Shown here piece after piece: positions 26,796 to 41,283 of a stretch of 64,000 nt of DNA. How positions within the stretch are numbered: the stretch's first letter is position 1; each line of letters starts with the position of its first letter. The position numbers and the translations under genes are program-made. Source of the DNA: Octopus sinensis (taxonomy: Eukaryota); assembly GCF_006345805.1 (NCBI RefSeq), contig NC_042998.1, forward strand, positions 145,638,001 through 145,702,000, given 5' to 3'. The notes beneath the pieces are model-generated. The model saw only the letters and a list, made by a program, of their open reading frames with translations. It was not told the origin of the DNA and did no database searches.

Positions 26796-26953
26796 ATAAT
26801 AATAATAATAATAATAATAATAATCGTGCAGGTTGTTCAGCAAACGAAGACACCAGCATCGTGTTGTCCTGCTGAACCCTCAAGCGTCGAAATGACGAGA
26901 GAGTTCACATCATCAGATGCACACACACCATACACACCACACACTATACGTAC

Positions 26954-27016
<63 letters not shown>

Positions 27017-27349
27017 TGAGTTCAAATTCCGCAGAGGTCTACTTTAGCTTTCATCCTTCCGGGGTCGATATATTAAGTACTAGTTGCGTATTGGGATCGA
27101 TCTAATCGACTGGCGCCCTCCTCAAAAATTTCGGGTCTTGAGCAGAAAAATCTTCGGGCCTAGAGTAGAAAAGGTTAAAACAATTTTCCTTTCAAATTTC
27201 CTCTTAGTCAACGGTCAAACATGTGAACGGATCTCGATTCCGTTGATTTTTTTCTTTGATTTTTACTGCGCTTCCTCATTTTAAATTTATATTTTATATC
27301 CTAATTGTTATACCCTTTACTCTCTCTGTTCTTCTTTGAACGTGAAACT

Positions 27350-28480
27350 AATAACATTGACTGTGAACATCTTTTGTACGTTCGTGGTGGTTGAGTTCAG
27401 CTACTCAAATCAGTGTTGTGATTTGGAGAGGACGAAATGAGTCTGTTATGTCAAAGATTAGATTTTCTAGAATGTCTGTTGGTGGACATAGAAGGTTGAG
27501 TGACCTGTATAATGTTACATCACTTGGGTTTTGGTTGAAGTGTAGAATTGCCACACTTTCGCCCAGATTCCATATTCTAGAAATTTGGCAACGTTGGTAC
27601 AAGTTGGTGAGTGCATTGATATATTTCGTTCCAAGCTGTTTATGATGTATGTGCTCGAGATTTTATCTGGCCCTAATGCTTTTCAGATTTTAGACTTAAG
27701 TTTTCTCTATTGCCTTTTAGGTCTCTGGTCAAAGGAGAGAGTTAAAATCGTGCTTAGGTGTAAGGTGAGCATTTTAAATTTTGTATTTCGTGAGTCCTTT
27801 GTCAGAATTTTAGTAGATGGTTTTCAAGAAATGTTTAATGAAGCTGTTTGCTTGGTGTCGCAACATATTATTTGAGGTAGTTTTTTGTAATATGAGTCAT
27901 GTTGTTGTTATTTTTGTTGTTGCTAATAACTCCGTATAATGTTTTCCTATTAGTTTCTTTTGTTTACGTCGGATACAAATGTTTTCCTGTTTTCTGTGTT
28001 TTTAACGTTTATTTATTTAACCATTTATTTATTAGTATTTCCCAATTTAATTGTCTCATACTGGATTTAATTTCGAGTGAGTGGTTTTGGTGTATTGTGT
28101 TCGTGAGTCTGTTTTTTATGAGTTCAATTATTTCTAGTGTGAAATTCAACATATTTTCATGTCACCTTGACTAATATGTATTTAGTTTTAGAGTATTTTG
28201 TTCAATAGGTATAATGTCTATATAGTTAATGACTAGAATTGTTGAATGTATAGTACTGCAGTGTCTATATTAGTGTTTGTGAACGATTTTGGTGTTGTTG
28301 AATGTATTGTGCTGCCGTTATATACTGGTGACTGTGGTGGTGTTGATTTCTAAACAAATCTTGATTCACTTTCTCGATTTCATTATTTCATTTTTTTTTT
28401 TATGTTTGTATAAGTGTTTCTTCTGTCTTCACAATCCTGCGGGTGTTTTAGAGCCCGCTTTTTTGCTGGTGCGTAGCGTC
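27350..28480 (-). mobile_element. Degenerate jockey/I-group-like LINE (start of RT domain)
   Basis: ALGPDKIS at ~27680-27655, then WNLGESVAILHFNQNPSDVTLYRSLNLLCPPTDILENLI (compare GPDxI..W..YRPISLL..KILE). The clade is uncertain. Confidence 0.7.
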
Positions 28481-29698
28481 CGGCTTTCACTAACGATATT
28501 CACACATGTGAGAAATATATAGGAGTCAGAAGGAAATGGCTGCTATTTCTTGTGTGTCAACACTTGCGTTGAGGCTAACTTGCTAGCTCAGTATGTTATA
28601 TATTATAGCGCATAGTTAAGTGAATGGACTTAAGTGTAAAACAAGTGCATATTTTATAGACCCTAAGATGATGAAATCAATCCAAATTCAATTTGAATGC
28701 AAACATAAAATAAAAATCACATGTAGTATAATAAAATATTCAATTCGCTCTTCCGAAATTTTCCACAACTCCTCCCTTAATTTTTACAATATGAATTTCT
28801 TAAAAGCACAAAGCCATAATATTTGAATTTATAGAAATTTATGTCTTTTCAAGTTATAGTCTGTAGTGAACCTTGAAACATCAAATACAGTAAATTTAAA
28901 CTGTACCCATTCTGGCAAGGTCCAATATTTATTTATTTGTATAATTAGCGACCTGTTGGCTTGATTCGGAGGAAAGGACTGTTCCCTATGGCTGTCGCAT
29001 GCCTTTAGAGGCCAGTAAGATCAATGTCGTTAATATTCATCTTAAACATTTGCTAGTTGATGAATGTGAGACAATTATATGTAACATAAGCGGGGAAAAA
29101 TTCCAGAGGTCTGATATTCTGAGGAGAATATCAAAGTGGTTAGTGGTGATGGTGATGGTGGTGAATTTGCTTGGGGGTATTTGAAATTATGAGGTCTTGT
29201 TGCATATGGAATGTAGAGGAATATATGTAAAAAGATAGTTTCAATCTGTCTAGGTTGGGTCATAATTAAAAAGAGCATGTGCTGTTATTTGAAGGGTAAG
29301 TGACATGTCAATGATTCGTTTAACTATAGCATTAGTGACATAAATGAGATGAACTCCAAATCGAAATTAGGCGTAGTCACAACTCAGCTAATGCTTATAT
29401 TTGCTTTACGATATTTGTCACTGTATAATGGAATTAACTATGCTGTCAGGGTACATCCACGCTGGTGGTAGATCTAATGGAATTAGTTAATATACAACTA
29501 CAGAGTACTCTGTTCTATTATGATTCTGTGCCTATAAGACGATTTGAACTCAGAGTATCAAGTTAACGAAACTGTTATCAATTATACTGAATTCCCTGTT
29601 ATTTTTTTCGTGGGTGAGCTTGTACCATTCAATGATATTTATAGCAAGATGAATTGTTTCTACTATTGAATATTTATTGTGTGCTGAGTATGAATTAA

Positions 29699-29915
29699 AG
29701 CGGTGAGCGAGCAGAATCGTTAGCACACCGGTCAAAGTGCTTAGCGGCATTTCGCTCGTCTTTACGTTCTGAGTTCAAATTCTGCTAAGGTCGACTTTAC
29801 TTTTTATCCTTCCGGGTTCGATAAAACAAGTACTAGTTCAATATTGGGGTCGATATAATCGACTTATCCCATCCCCCGAAATTGCTAGCTTTGTTGCAAA
29901 ATGTGAAACCAATAT
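29699..29915 (+). mobile_element. tRNA-derived SINE, older copy
   Basis: gcagaatcgttagcacaccgg..gagttcaaattc..gggtcgatataatcgac. Confidence 0.8.
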
Positions 29916-30546
29916 TAATTATGAATAATCTCTGTGGTCATAATGTAGTGCAGTGATGAAATGGAGTTGTTTCAAGATATAAAACCAAGAATAAGATTTC
30001 TTTAACAAATTCGTTGATATTGAATGAGCATAATTTTTCACCCAAATGGCGTTTCTCATGCCCAGTTTATACATTATTGCCCCAAATGTTAGCTAACATA
30101 TGCTACGTTAGTAAAAATATCACCAGAAATATTACCGAAGTAATTTTATCGATTCGTGAATATCAAAAAAATTATTTCAATCTCATTAAAACACTCTAAT
30201 AACCACAATATTCTATTCACGAACATATTAACACCTCAAAGAGATGCATTAATTCCTGAGATAAATTGCAGCCGATAAAAGGAGAATTTCAATTTTATTG
30301 CCTTTATCATTCTACGAGTGACATACTCAGTAATTGTAAATAAAAACAAATGACAAAAGCAAACATTAACAGTGAAGTCTCATAATTTTGTGATATTTTA
30401 TGAAAATATTGGTTTCTTTGGAGTAGAAATATAACCCTATAATTTTAGGAGAGAATAACAAAAGAGAAGTTGCAAGGTTTATGCCTTTCCCAATGTTTTC
30501 TTTTAGCCGAAAATCGAAATGCCACCATAGTCCTAATACACCAAGA

Positions 30547-30745
30547 GCTCTACGATTCTTGTTATGCTTAAAAAAATTTCGATGTACTTCTCTGAAAACC
30601 TCGATGTTTTTCAGAAATTCTTTCTCAACGATTTTTGCTCAACTTAAAAAATTTCGATGTGTTTCAGTGAAAAAATCCCTATGCATTTCAGAATTTTTGC
30701 TCTACGATTTTTCCTATACATAAAAACGTTCGATGCATTTTAGTG
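30547..30745. repeat. Imperfect ~75-bp tandem repeat, about 2.7 copies
   Basis: The motif (g)ctc(t/a)acgatt..aaaaa(a/c)(t/g)ttcgatg recurs three times at ~75-bp spacing. Confidence 0.7.
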
Positions 30746-31109
30746 AACATGCTACCAAAGAAATTAATATATTTTGATATTGGCCGTGAAATATCTGAAT
30801 TGTAAACGTAATGAATCAATACTTAGGATCTTGCTGTTGGCGTGATTTAAAACAAGATTTTCCTGTGTAACAATCCAAAGGTATTGAAAATACGTTTGCT
30901 ACATTACTAGGAAAAACTCGATTATAATAGCATAGTCAAGAAAAATTTCTTCATAGAGTCACCCATAGTATTACTATAATTTGGAAGGCTTTAAAATCGT
31001 TCAAAATTTGTTTGTCAAAATTTTACTCGATTTCAATAAAAAAAAAATTAAAGAATGTGTTGATTTGATATTGCATTGCTGTATAAAAATGGTTCAAAAC
31101 GCATTCTTT

Positions 31110-31990
31110 TCTAGATTCTCTGTTTCCTATTCTGGTGGTGATGGATTCCCGCTGCTCTACGATGGGGACTCAGTTCTTCGATCAACTACTTCGAAATTAA
31201 CATATGAGTGGCTGGGTATTCCGCAGATATGTGTACCCTTAACATCATTCTCTGACAGAATCAGCGTCGCGCAATATGTGTGTTCAAGCTGTAGTTATTA
31301 AAATATGGGTATGACGCGTCCACCGAGCTTCCATACAGTTTCCGTCGACCCAGTTTCACTTACAACATATGAGTTGGCACATAAACATTTTTTAAGATGC
31401 CGCTCAGTGAGATAGAGCCCTCATGGTTGCAAAGTGAACTCCTCAACCGTTCATCCACATACATACATACATACATACATACATACATACATACATACAT
31501 ACATAAATACATAGACATATATACATGCATACAGAGAGAGAGAGATGGGGTGCAATCATTAACATAAAAGCGTTCATAGTCGACCAGAAAGGAGTATGAC
31601 CTAGTAACAGTACCGGGATTTCACTACTTATTTTAGATGCCAATACAATCGTGATCCAACAGAGAAACTCCCCTACTTTTGATCCAGCGATATATCCAGG
31701 ATATGACAGATGAAAGGAAAGAAAATGGTTTAATATGACATTACAATGCTATAAAAAAAATAGCTAAAACACATTGTTTTCCAGTTTCTCTGTTTCATCT
31801 GGTGATGGTGGTGGATCTCTGTCATACGACAACGAGGTTTTAATTGCTCTTGAATTAACGTTTAAGAGGCTGAATATTCCACAGATACGAGCACCCTCAA
31901 TATATTTCTCCGGCAGAATCAGTGTGATACAGTGTGTGTGTGACAAGCTGTGTACAATTCACCCGACAGGCTTCTATTCAGTGCCCGTCA
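31110..31990 (-). mobile_element. Two old copies (31110-31295 and 31780-31990) of the 3' part of the SINE family at 57783
   Basis: Reverse complements match cttgtcacac..tgattct..taagggtacacat..cgttaattt at 58000-58100. Confidence 0.7.
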
Positions 31991-34229
31991 ACCCAGTTTC
32001 CCCCATATGATATGGATCAACTCGATGCGCTAAAAAGTAACACTTTCGCAAGATGCCTCGCAGCTTGACCGAACCCGGAACCATTTAGCTATACTGCACT
32101 TATTGTATCACTTATAAGAAAGAAAAAATAATTCTTTAATTCTTTTTCTAAAAATAGCAAAATAAATACTTCGAGCCCTAAAGCTCATAAATCTGGTCAT
32201 CCGGTTTCCATGGCCTATAAGTGACCGTCATCACAATATTTGATGAAGATGCTGGTCTGTTACAGCATTCAAGGCCAGCAATCTTGAGTTGATAATCTCG
32301 ACCCCAGACTTTACTAATACTTCACTTTATCGACCTCGAAAATATGAAAGGCAGAGTTAGGTACATCCATCGTAGTTACTGACTGAAATATTGGTAACTT
32401 GAGAGTCAAGTCGGTTACTTTTATGGAGCATCATAAACCCGAAAGTAGCAACAGAACTGAACTGAATCGTACGTAATGGCTTCTCTAACCACTTCGCTTT
32501 ATCTACCGTCCATCTACTCGTTTTCTCTCACGTTTCTGAATTATTTCTCGCATGCATTCACTACAGCACAATAGCAGGCTTTACCAAACTTCACAGCTTT
32601 GTACAGCTCACCCTATTTGTACAAAGAAATTCTCAGATATCTTACCGGCTATTGTTCAGTGATCTCCTTCACACTCCTTCACACATCCGCATTAACTTGT
32701 CATACTAATTCATTTACTGCTACTGTTGCCACACCACACTATTAGCTGGTAGTAATACAAGAATTCAAGAAATACTTTCATTGCAACACACATTTCTCCA
32801 AACTCTAACTATTTTCTTCCTTGTATTTTAAAAGGGAAATTTTACACGAAATATACGATAATAAAGAACATATGTAAGTTTATGCAATATCTTTTCTACT
32901 TTTATATACGTTCCTTGACATCCCCTTGCATAATTTGCTTAAATCATCACCTGCATTTCTCAGAGTATTTTGCAAACATTTAATCCCTTTATATATTATA
33001 TTTTCCACCGTCTAGTTATTTGCAGCACTCGTGTAGAAAAAGGAAGATAGAAGAACCATTGATTGCTCATATTTTTCGTACAGAAACTGATTTTCTCATG
33101 TTAACTTTCTGATTAAGAACATTTCTTTTGTCCAGTTTCCATCCCCATGTCAGCAAAAAAATGCTGTCAATAAATCCAGCTGTTTGCCAACATTGTAGCT
33201 AATCCCAGCGGCTAACAAACAAGTTGGAGTTATAATAGTTTCTTTTACTGCTTTAATCAAAATCATATAACTATTGAATATTTTATAAAAGAAATATCAA
33301 TGGATTTAATATTAAAATAAACAGACACAAGCATGCAATGGCCTTGGAGTATTCCTTTTCAAAATGTGTGACATCAAAGAGAACCTTCTGGCCTTCAGCT
33401 ACAAGTACATGGATTATTGGTCAAATCTATGTTAGTTTTCCAAGGTCAGTGATTGAGGCAACAATTACACTTGCGAAATGCAGTAACTCCCTCAAAACCC
33501 CTCAACTATGAAGAAAAAATAGAAGCAAACAATATTTCATATTCAAGTCATACTGCAATAAATTACCCACGGTGCTTAATATATTAGACACCTCAGTTTA
33601 ATTTACTAAAAATTGTTCGGTACATTCTCGTATATTCTTCTTTCCATTCATCTGTTCGTGTTTACCTTATATAAATGTTTGAGGCAAATAATAGATCTAT
33701 GAAGAAAAAGAAGAGAAGAAAAGAAGAAAAGTGCACATTCCACGAATGTCTTCTAAACTGTAATTATTTCCCATCTATAAGAAATGTTTCGCTTCGCAAA
33801 ATGTTTAATTTAGTTTCATTTGTCTGCCTCGAATTATGTCATACTGACGATTTCTAATACGCATGAAATAGCACTATACACGATCATATACGATGAGAAA
33901 ATACAAGATTTTGTAAAGACTAAGAGAAGTAAAACTTAAATATGTATATTCTAAGCATATTCTTCATTGTTCTTCGATTTAAGATTCAAACTTGTAATCC
34001 CACTATGACTGATTTACAAGAAATAGCTGCCAGGGCACACCAATTATTTGAATAGGTTTATAGATTTCCTTGAAGTCGATGTTTTACGCAGGGATTCAGT
34101 ATTTGTCCGTGATATAGTAAATCAATTTTGTATGGCACTTTGACTTTCCTATTTCTATTACATGTATATCGAGTATCGTTCATTTGAACATTAATATTTT
34201 GAACCAGTATCGGAATATATATATCTGTG

Positions 34230-34735
<506 letters not shown>

Positions 34736-34739
34736 ATGA

Positions 34740-36354
34740 GAAGAAAATGGATATAATAACAATGGGAAACTCGTGGTTTTCGCTGGTATGCCTTTAATTT
34801 AATTAGATAACAAAGAAGGAAGAAGCAAAAATGAAGGCGGCATTTACGATCGTTTTAATGCGAATATAGATAGATGTATCGGTTAGGATGCGAAAATAAT
34901 TGATACATATGTGATAGTAATATAAAACAGAGGTAGCAATTCTTACATAAAATTTTGTTCTTGCGCTAGTAAATTCGCTGGGTAGATGTTTGCTTGTGGT
35001 AGACTGGTTAGTTTCGTTGAGTAATTAGGGCGGAGTGAGTATTATTTAGGTGCGGGGTTCCTAGTCTAATTAAGCACACTTTTTCGCATGTGTGTATTCA
35101 ATTTTTATATTCTACGGTTAGTTATCACCGGCGGTGTAGGTGAAGGGGATAACTCTAACAGGGTGAAAAGGGAGCTAACGCGTACCAAAGTTTGGGTGGT
35201 CTGAAAATGTATTATGGCTAATAATTATCTTATTGCTAGAGTTTAGGAAGTTCTTAGTGCTAGGAAAGGCCCTATGTATGTGCAAAGTGGGTTTGCGAGG
35301 TGACTATTTGTGTGTAAGTGCGTAAGGTGTTTCCCAGTTACTTAGACATATAGATGAGTATTCTAGTTTGGGATTATAAAAGGCATAGAGACCTGCATGA
35401 AGACAAGAGGGGCTATTCTACCGGTATTTTTAAAATACATAAAGGCCCACGTGAAGACAAAAATTGTCGTTCTCAAATCTTTTGTTCAAAAAGGTTTGTT
35501 TAGCCGTAAGTATATCTAGGCGTTCCGATAGGCAAAGATCGCAGCATCTTTTTGTGGTGTATGATTTCGTCTGGTTATTTGTGCGGACGTCACATTGGTA
35601 AACCACGCTATTTGTCTTACATCTATTTGAGAAATGGCACTTTGTTCCATCTCTACAGCCGCATAAATAATTAGGTGCATCTACGTTCGTGCTGTATTGT
35701 GGGGAGGGGGGAATTATTATTCAGGTCTGTACCTAAGTTAGCAGGAAACGTTGCGTTAGTGGGGCCTTAGTCCTATTAGTTGGTTGGTTGTTATTTTTAT
35801 TGTTCACAATCTTTCTAGTTTCATAGAATGTGTCAAGTTTTTTTAGTATTCATTGAGGCTATTATTGTAGCTAAGTTATTAGTCAGACTGTGGCCTATTC
35901 TGATTTTATTCCTAAATAATTCAGTGTATTTATTATTAACGTTTAGATGTTTCTCTATGATTTTCATTTATGAGTGAACTATATTTGATTTGAGATGCAT
36001 GGTGTAAGGGATTACGAGCCAGATATTATCGCTATTATGTTTTGTTTTTTTGTTGTTTTTCCTAGATAAACACAGAAATGTTTCGACCAAAGATTGGTCC
36101 AGTCCATGTCTAACTTAATAACACCACCTGACAAGATAATCTAAATCCTTTTAAGTCAAGTTTCGTGGTATCATGGTCCATTCGAGTAGGGAGTTCTTGT
36201 TGAGTGCGGTGGCTTATCTGGTGTACCTTCAAGAAATTTGTCCAGATTCCTTGATCTGTTTCGAGATAATGTTAAATACGTCAGGGCCTGATTGAGGAAA
36301 AGGAAGTGTGTTGCAGTGTATTTATGTGTTGTGATTCTGAATTGTGTAGGGGAC

Positions 36355-36355
<1 letters not shown>
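34740..36355 (-). mobile_element. Penelope-like retroelement remnant with an internally deleted GIY-YIG region
   Basis: The minus strand of ~35665-35500 reads LCGCRDGTKCHFSNRCKTNSVVYQCDVRTNNQTKSYT|TKRCCDLCLSERLDIL, i.e. the Cys-rich linker, VVY and the C-terminal KRCxLCLxE motif. Boundaries are approximate. Confidence 0.7.
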
Positions 36356-36390
<35 letters not shown>

Positions 36391-36477
36391 AGATATATAT
36401 ATACATATACATATACATAAATGGATATGTGTATATATATATACATATATAAATATGTATATAAGAATATTTAAATA

Positions 36478-36513
<36 letters not shown>

Positions 36514-36731
36514 TGGATAGATAGATAGATATAGATATATAGATATATAATTATGTATATATAAATATTTACTTCTAATATAGGATAAAATGTTTTCAAA
36601 AATTTCAAGTGGCCAGCAAATTAAAATACATTTAAAGGTGAAAATTATAAACAATTATTAATAAGTGCAAAAGAAAGGGCATAGAAATTTTTTCTTTGCG
36701 CTTATTTATAATTTTTTTATATGAATATATA

Positions 36732-36817
<86 letters not shown>

Positions 36818-36879
36818 CATACATATATATATGTATATATAAATATGTATATATGAATAGTTGTAAATATATATATGAA

Positions 36880-36915
<36 letters not shown>

Positions 36916-36919
<4 letters not shown>

Positions 36920-37378
36920 GGTGGTTCTATTGAGGAGAGTAGTGAGTTTCTCACTGCAAAGCCAACGCCATGTTGACGAGGTTCTTCTGGATCTCTTCCC
37001 TGCCAAAAGAAGGTGAAATCCTGCTCTTTGAGTTTGCCGTTTGAGAGAAGTCTTGTCTCCTGCAGCCCAGCAATATTTATGTTGAGCCTCTTTAGTTCAC
37101 GGTCAATGATGGCCGTTTTCCTTGTGTCTTCAATCCTGAGAAGATCATCAGATATTCCAGGACACATGGTTCTGACATTCCAGCTTGCCAACTGCAGAAC
37201 TGGTGTTTTCTTGACTCGGTGGTGCAGAAGTTGCATGCCGCTTTTCGAGACATACTCTTAGCTCCAAGCGCCCAATGGAGCAGGCGGCTTGTGGCGTGTC
37301 AGCACCTTATTAACTGGGGGCTGCCCAGCTTGAGGTGAGTGTTTTGCCCGGGATAGGACTACACAGCCACAGCAGGAA
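36916..37378 (-). mobile_element. RTE-clade LINE 5' fragment (5' UTR and AP-endonuclease N-terminus)
   Basis: [35 protein letters not shown], ending abruptly in (TA)n. Confidence 0.9.
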
Positions 37379-37478
37379 ATGTATCAGGACATGAAATATA
37401 AAAGCCGGACTAGACTACTTCATGCGCAACCCCATTGTCTCCCGAGACAGAAAGGATACCAACTCCAATATATTATAT

Positions 37479-37523
<45 letters not shown>

Positions 37524-37572
37524 ATATATACATATATATAAGACTATACAGACCTATATATGTCTTATTTAG

Positions 37573-37631
<59 letters not shown>

Positions 37632-37642
37632 ATATATATATA

Positions 37643-38188
37643 TATAACTAATGTAGGATAAAAATTTTTTCGGGAAAAAATTTTTTATCAATGGCCAGCA
37701 TATCAAAAAATACCTTTAAAGGTTAAATTTATAAATAATTTACAAAATGAGGGCAGAAGAAAAATTCTAATGCCAAATATGCCGAAAAAAAGACAAAAAT
37801 TGTCAATAACCATTATAATGTATGCGTCTCGAAACAAACCGATAGAAAATTCTGAAAAATCCGTTATTACCGTATTGCTCCCAATTTCGGGGTTAATTCA
37901 TAAGAATTTTCCCCTCTTCAGCGATAAATACGTGAGATATAAGTGAAATACTTACTCATACCCATGGAAAAATCAAGCACTAAGTCCTGAGCAGACCTAA
38001 GTACCCCAAATATATCCAAAATAGAAAATCTTCGGCACATCTTGAGACACGTGTGATTCGAACTAGAAACTTTCACAGAGTGAGAGAATCCGGAGGTGAA
38101 CACTATTCAATTTATAACTAATGTAGGATAAAAATTTTTTTCGGGAAAAAATTTTTTATCAATGGCCAGCATATAAAAAAATACCTTT
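37643..38188 (-). mobile_element. Non-coding 470-bp-period unit with a ~75-bp terminal direct repeat and an internal hammerhead (retrozyme/Penelope-like)
   Basis: tataactaatgtaggataaaaatt..aaaaatacctt occurs at 37643-37717 and 38113-38188. A diverged relative lies at ~36570-36720. Confidence 0.75.
37867..37927 (-). ncRNA. Canonical type I hammerhead ribozyme motif
   Basis: ttatcg-CTGAAGA-gggg aaaattcttatgaattaa cccc-GAA-ATTG ggag CAAT-A-cggtaa. All core nucleotides and three helices are present, with an AUA site between 37873 and 37872. Confidence 0.9.
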
Positions 38189-38589
38189 GTGTATATATAT
38201 ATATATATAACATACACATTTATAATTTTCATTTGTGTGTATATCTATCTATATATATACATACGTACGTACATACATAGATACATACGTAGATACATAC
38301 ATACATACATACATAATACATACATACATACATACATACATACATACATACATACATACATACATACAAACAAACATGCATGTGGCTTTGTATTTGTGCG
38401 TGTGAGTAGTAATGTTCGGATGACACTATTCCCAGTATTCTGTCACCACATAAAATTCCTTTGTCATGCTTGAACTGGCTTTAAAATAATATTCTCAACT
38501 TTACATACACAACCACAACACACACACACACTTACACACATCACAAACACTATCCTATCTTTCTTGTGTCCCACAAAGGTATGCATGTA

Positions 38590-38648
<59 letters not shown>

Positions 38649-39179
38649 CGCTATATAAGCGGGGGTGAGTGTATGTGTGTGTATCTATGTACATATATAG
38701 ATGTAAATATGTATATATATATGTGTGCGCGTGCAAGCAGTTGTTTGTGATTCAGTGTGCATAAATATGTAAGCGTATCTGCGCATACGCGCATCTGTAG
38801 TTTTTTTTTTTTTTGAGGGTTTTTTGCGAAAGATTCTTCCTGAAATCATCTAAAAAAAGATGCTCAGGGTGCAATTAGCCCCGTTTGTCATATTCCTAAA
38901 TAAGTGAATAATTTTCACTAAATCAATAAAATATGGGAGAATCATTATCAAGTACAGCCTTAACGTTTGGTAAATACATAGACATTTTTATATACACTTT
39001 CATGCAGCGTTAATGCACGCAAATGTGTGCACACACACAGCAACATGCATACAGAGTAATATATATATATTGCACCATATTGTATTATACTAAATTATAT
39101 TTATAAAATAGATACTCAGATAGATAGATAGACAGACAGACACACTGATTTATAGATAGATAGATAGATAGATAGATAG

Positions 39180-39231
<52 letters not shown>

Positions 39232-39663
39232 TATTTTCTGCAAATGCAGGTTCGTGGACTTTTTCATCGCCTTAGTAATGGTACGTCAATTACTGTGTTG
39301 AAGAGCAGATGAGTGATAACGTGTGTGTATGTATACACGCACATGTATATGAATGTAGATATAAATATACATGTGCGAGTGTATGGATGTGTGCTTATGT
39401 GTGCGTATGTTTGTGTGTGTGTGTGTGTATGTGTGTGTGTGTGTGTGGTGTATGTGTGTGTGTGTGTGTGCACATATATACACACCTATATACACATAGA
39501 TGGTGAAGTGCAGCTAATTAGAGTTGGATGCATATAGATGCAGTCGTATAATTTTCCTAAAATTCCGAACACTATTTTGCGACGATGAAACAGGAATAGA
39601 AACAGAAAAAGCTCTAGTTGCGCATATGTTGGAATAAGCACGTGAGTTTATATTATATATATA

Positions 39664-39718
<55 letters not shown>

Positions 39719-39762
39719 ATGTGTGTATGTATGTATATATATGTATTATATATATTTGCACA

Positions 39763-39834
<72 letters not shown>

Positions 39835-40007
39835 ATATATATGTATGTATACATATGCATATGTATATATATATATATAATATATATGTATGTGCGTGTG
39901 TGTGTGTGTAAATAATCTTGCTTTCACCCCTCACTGTATCCCTATTTTTCTTCACTTTCTCTTTATCTTCCTCATTATACACACAAATACATATTAAATT
40001 ACATTTC

Positions 40008-40310
40008 AGGCGTGGCTGTGTGGTACGAAACTGGCTTCCCAACCACATAGTTCAGAGTTCAGTCCTATTGCGTGGAAACTTGGGCAAATGTTTTCTACTA
40101 CAGTCTCGGCCGACCAAAGCCATGCAAGTGGATTTGGTAGACGAAAGTTGAAAGAAGGCCGTCATATATGTGTTGTGTGTATTTGTGTGTGTGTCTTTGT
40201 GTGTGTGTCTGTGTTTGTGTCCCCCCCCCCGTCACCGCTTGAGAAATGGAGAAACCCTTCAATGCAGTGATTCAGCATAACCTCAGTCAAATGACTGAAA
40301 CAGGTAAAAG
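40008..40310 (+). mobile_element. CORE-like SINE with internal deletion
   Basis: ggcgtggctgtgtggta..cttgggcaaatg..cagtcaaatgactgaaac. Confidence 0.8.
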
Positions 40311-40821
40311 AAAAGAATATATATATATAAGAAGGAAAGAAAACGGATATTAGGAAGTTAATAATTGTTTGTTATTAATAGTAAATTGGTCATCTTCACT
40401 TATATATATATGAACAAGAACATAAGTATGTATGTATGTATGTATGTATGTATGTATGTATGTATGTATGTATGTATGTATGTAGTATGTATGTATGTAG
40501 TGTATGTATGTAGTGTATGTATGTATGTATTATGTATGTATGTATGTATGTATGTATGTATGTTGTATGTATGTAATGTATGTATGTATGTATGTATGTA
40601 TGTATGTAGTATGTATGTATGTATGTATGTATGTATGTATGTATGTATGTATGTATGTATTATTATATTGTGTGTATGTATGTAGTTGTGTTTTATGTCA
40701 TTTACAATTTTTAATTGAAAACGGAGTGACAATAACAATAAAAAGACCATATCTTCTACTACTGTACTGCGCACTCCTTTCTCATTCATTCAACATAAAG
40801 CAACGTGCGTACATGTGTGTT

Positions 40822-40898
<77 letters not shown>

Positions 40899-41283
40899 GG
40901 GGAGATTCAAAGATCCCGATGTAGGAAGTTAGTAAGTTTTGAGCAGTTCCATAGAAGGTATAAAAAACAACTTTCGGGAATAGTGGTTTACTGACGTAGA
41001 ATGTTGTAAATTTTATAACTGTTGTTAGTACCTGATGATTATGATTGAGGTGTTTCTCAACATATGAAACTATTAGTAGCACATAAAAACATGTATTGTG
41101 TCTATTAAATTATATATATATATATATATATTACGAAGATGTACTTGCATAGCAAGTGACCTGATCTGAGATAGTGTGCTGGAACGAAGACAATTGGAGC
41201 GTGGAATGTGTTTATAAGCCATTTAAAGCACACAAAAGCCGTTAGTTTCACTTCAACATTTAAATTTAATTTGCCAAAATATC

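Noticed and set aside
31110-32010. Two homologous ORF segments (FSVS..YD..IPQI..FS.RISV.Q.VC), each after a same-phase AG, resembling duplicated exons
   Set aside because: Their reverse complements match the 3' part of the SINE at 57783-58155, and they lack good splice donors.
32520-33260. Moderately complex stretch possibly from an old DNA transposon or exon
   Set aside because: No open frame or motif that I could identify on either strand.
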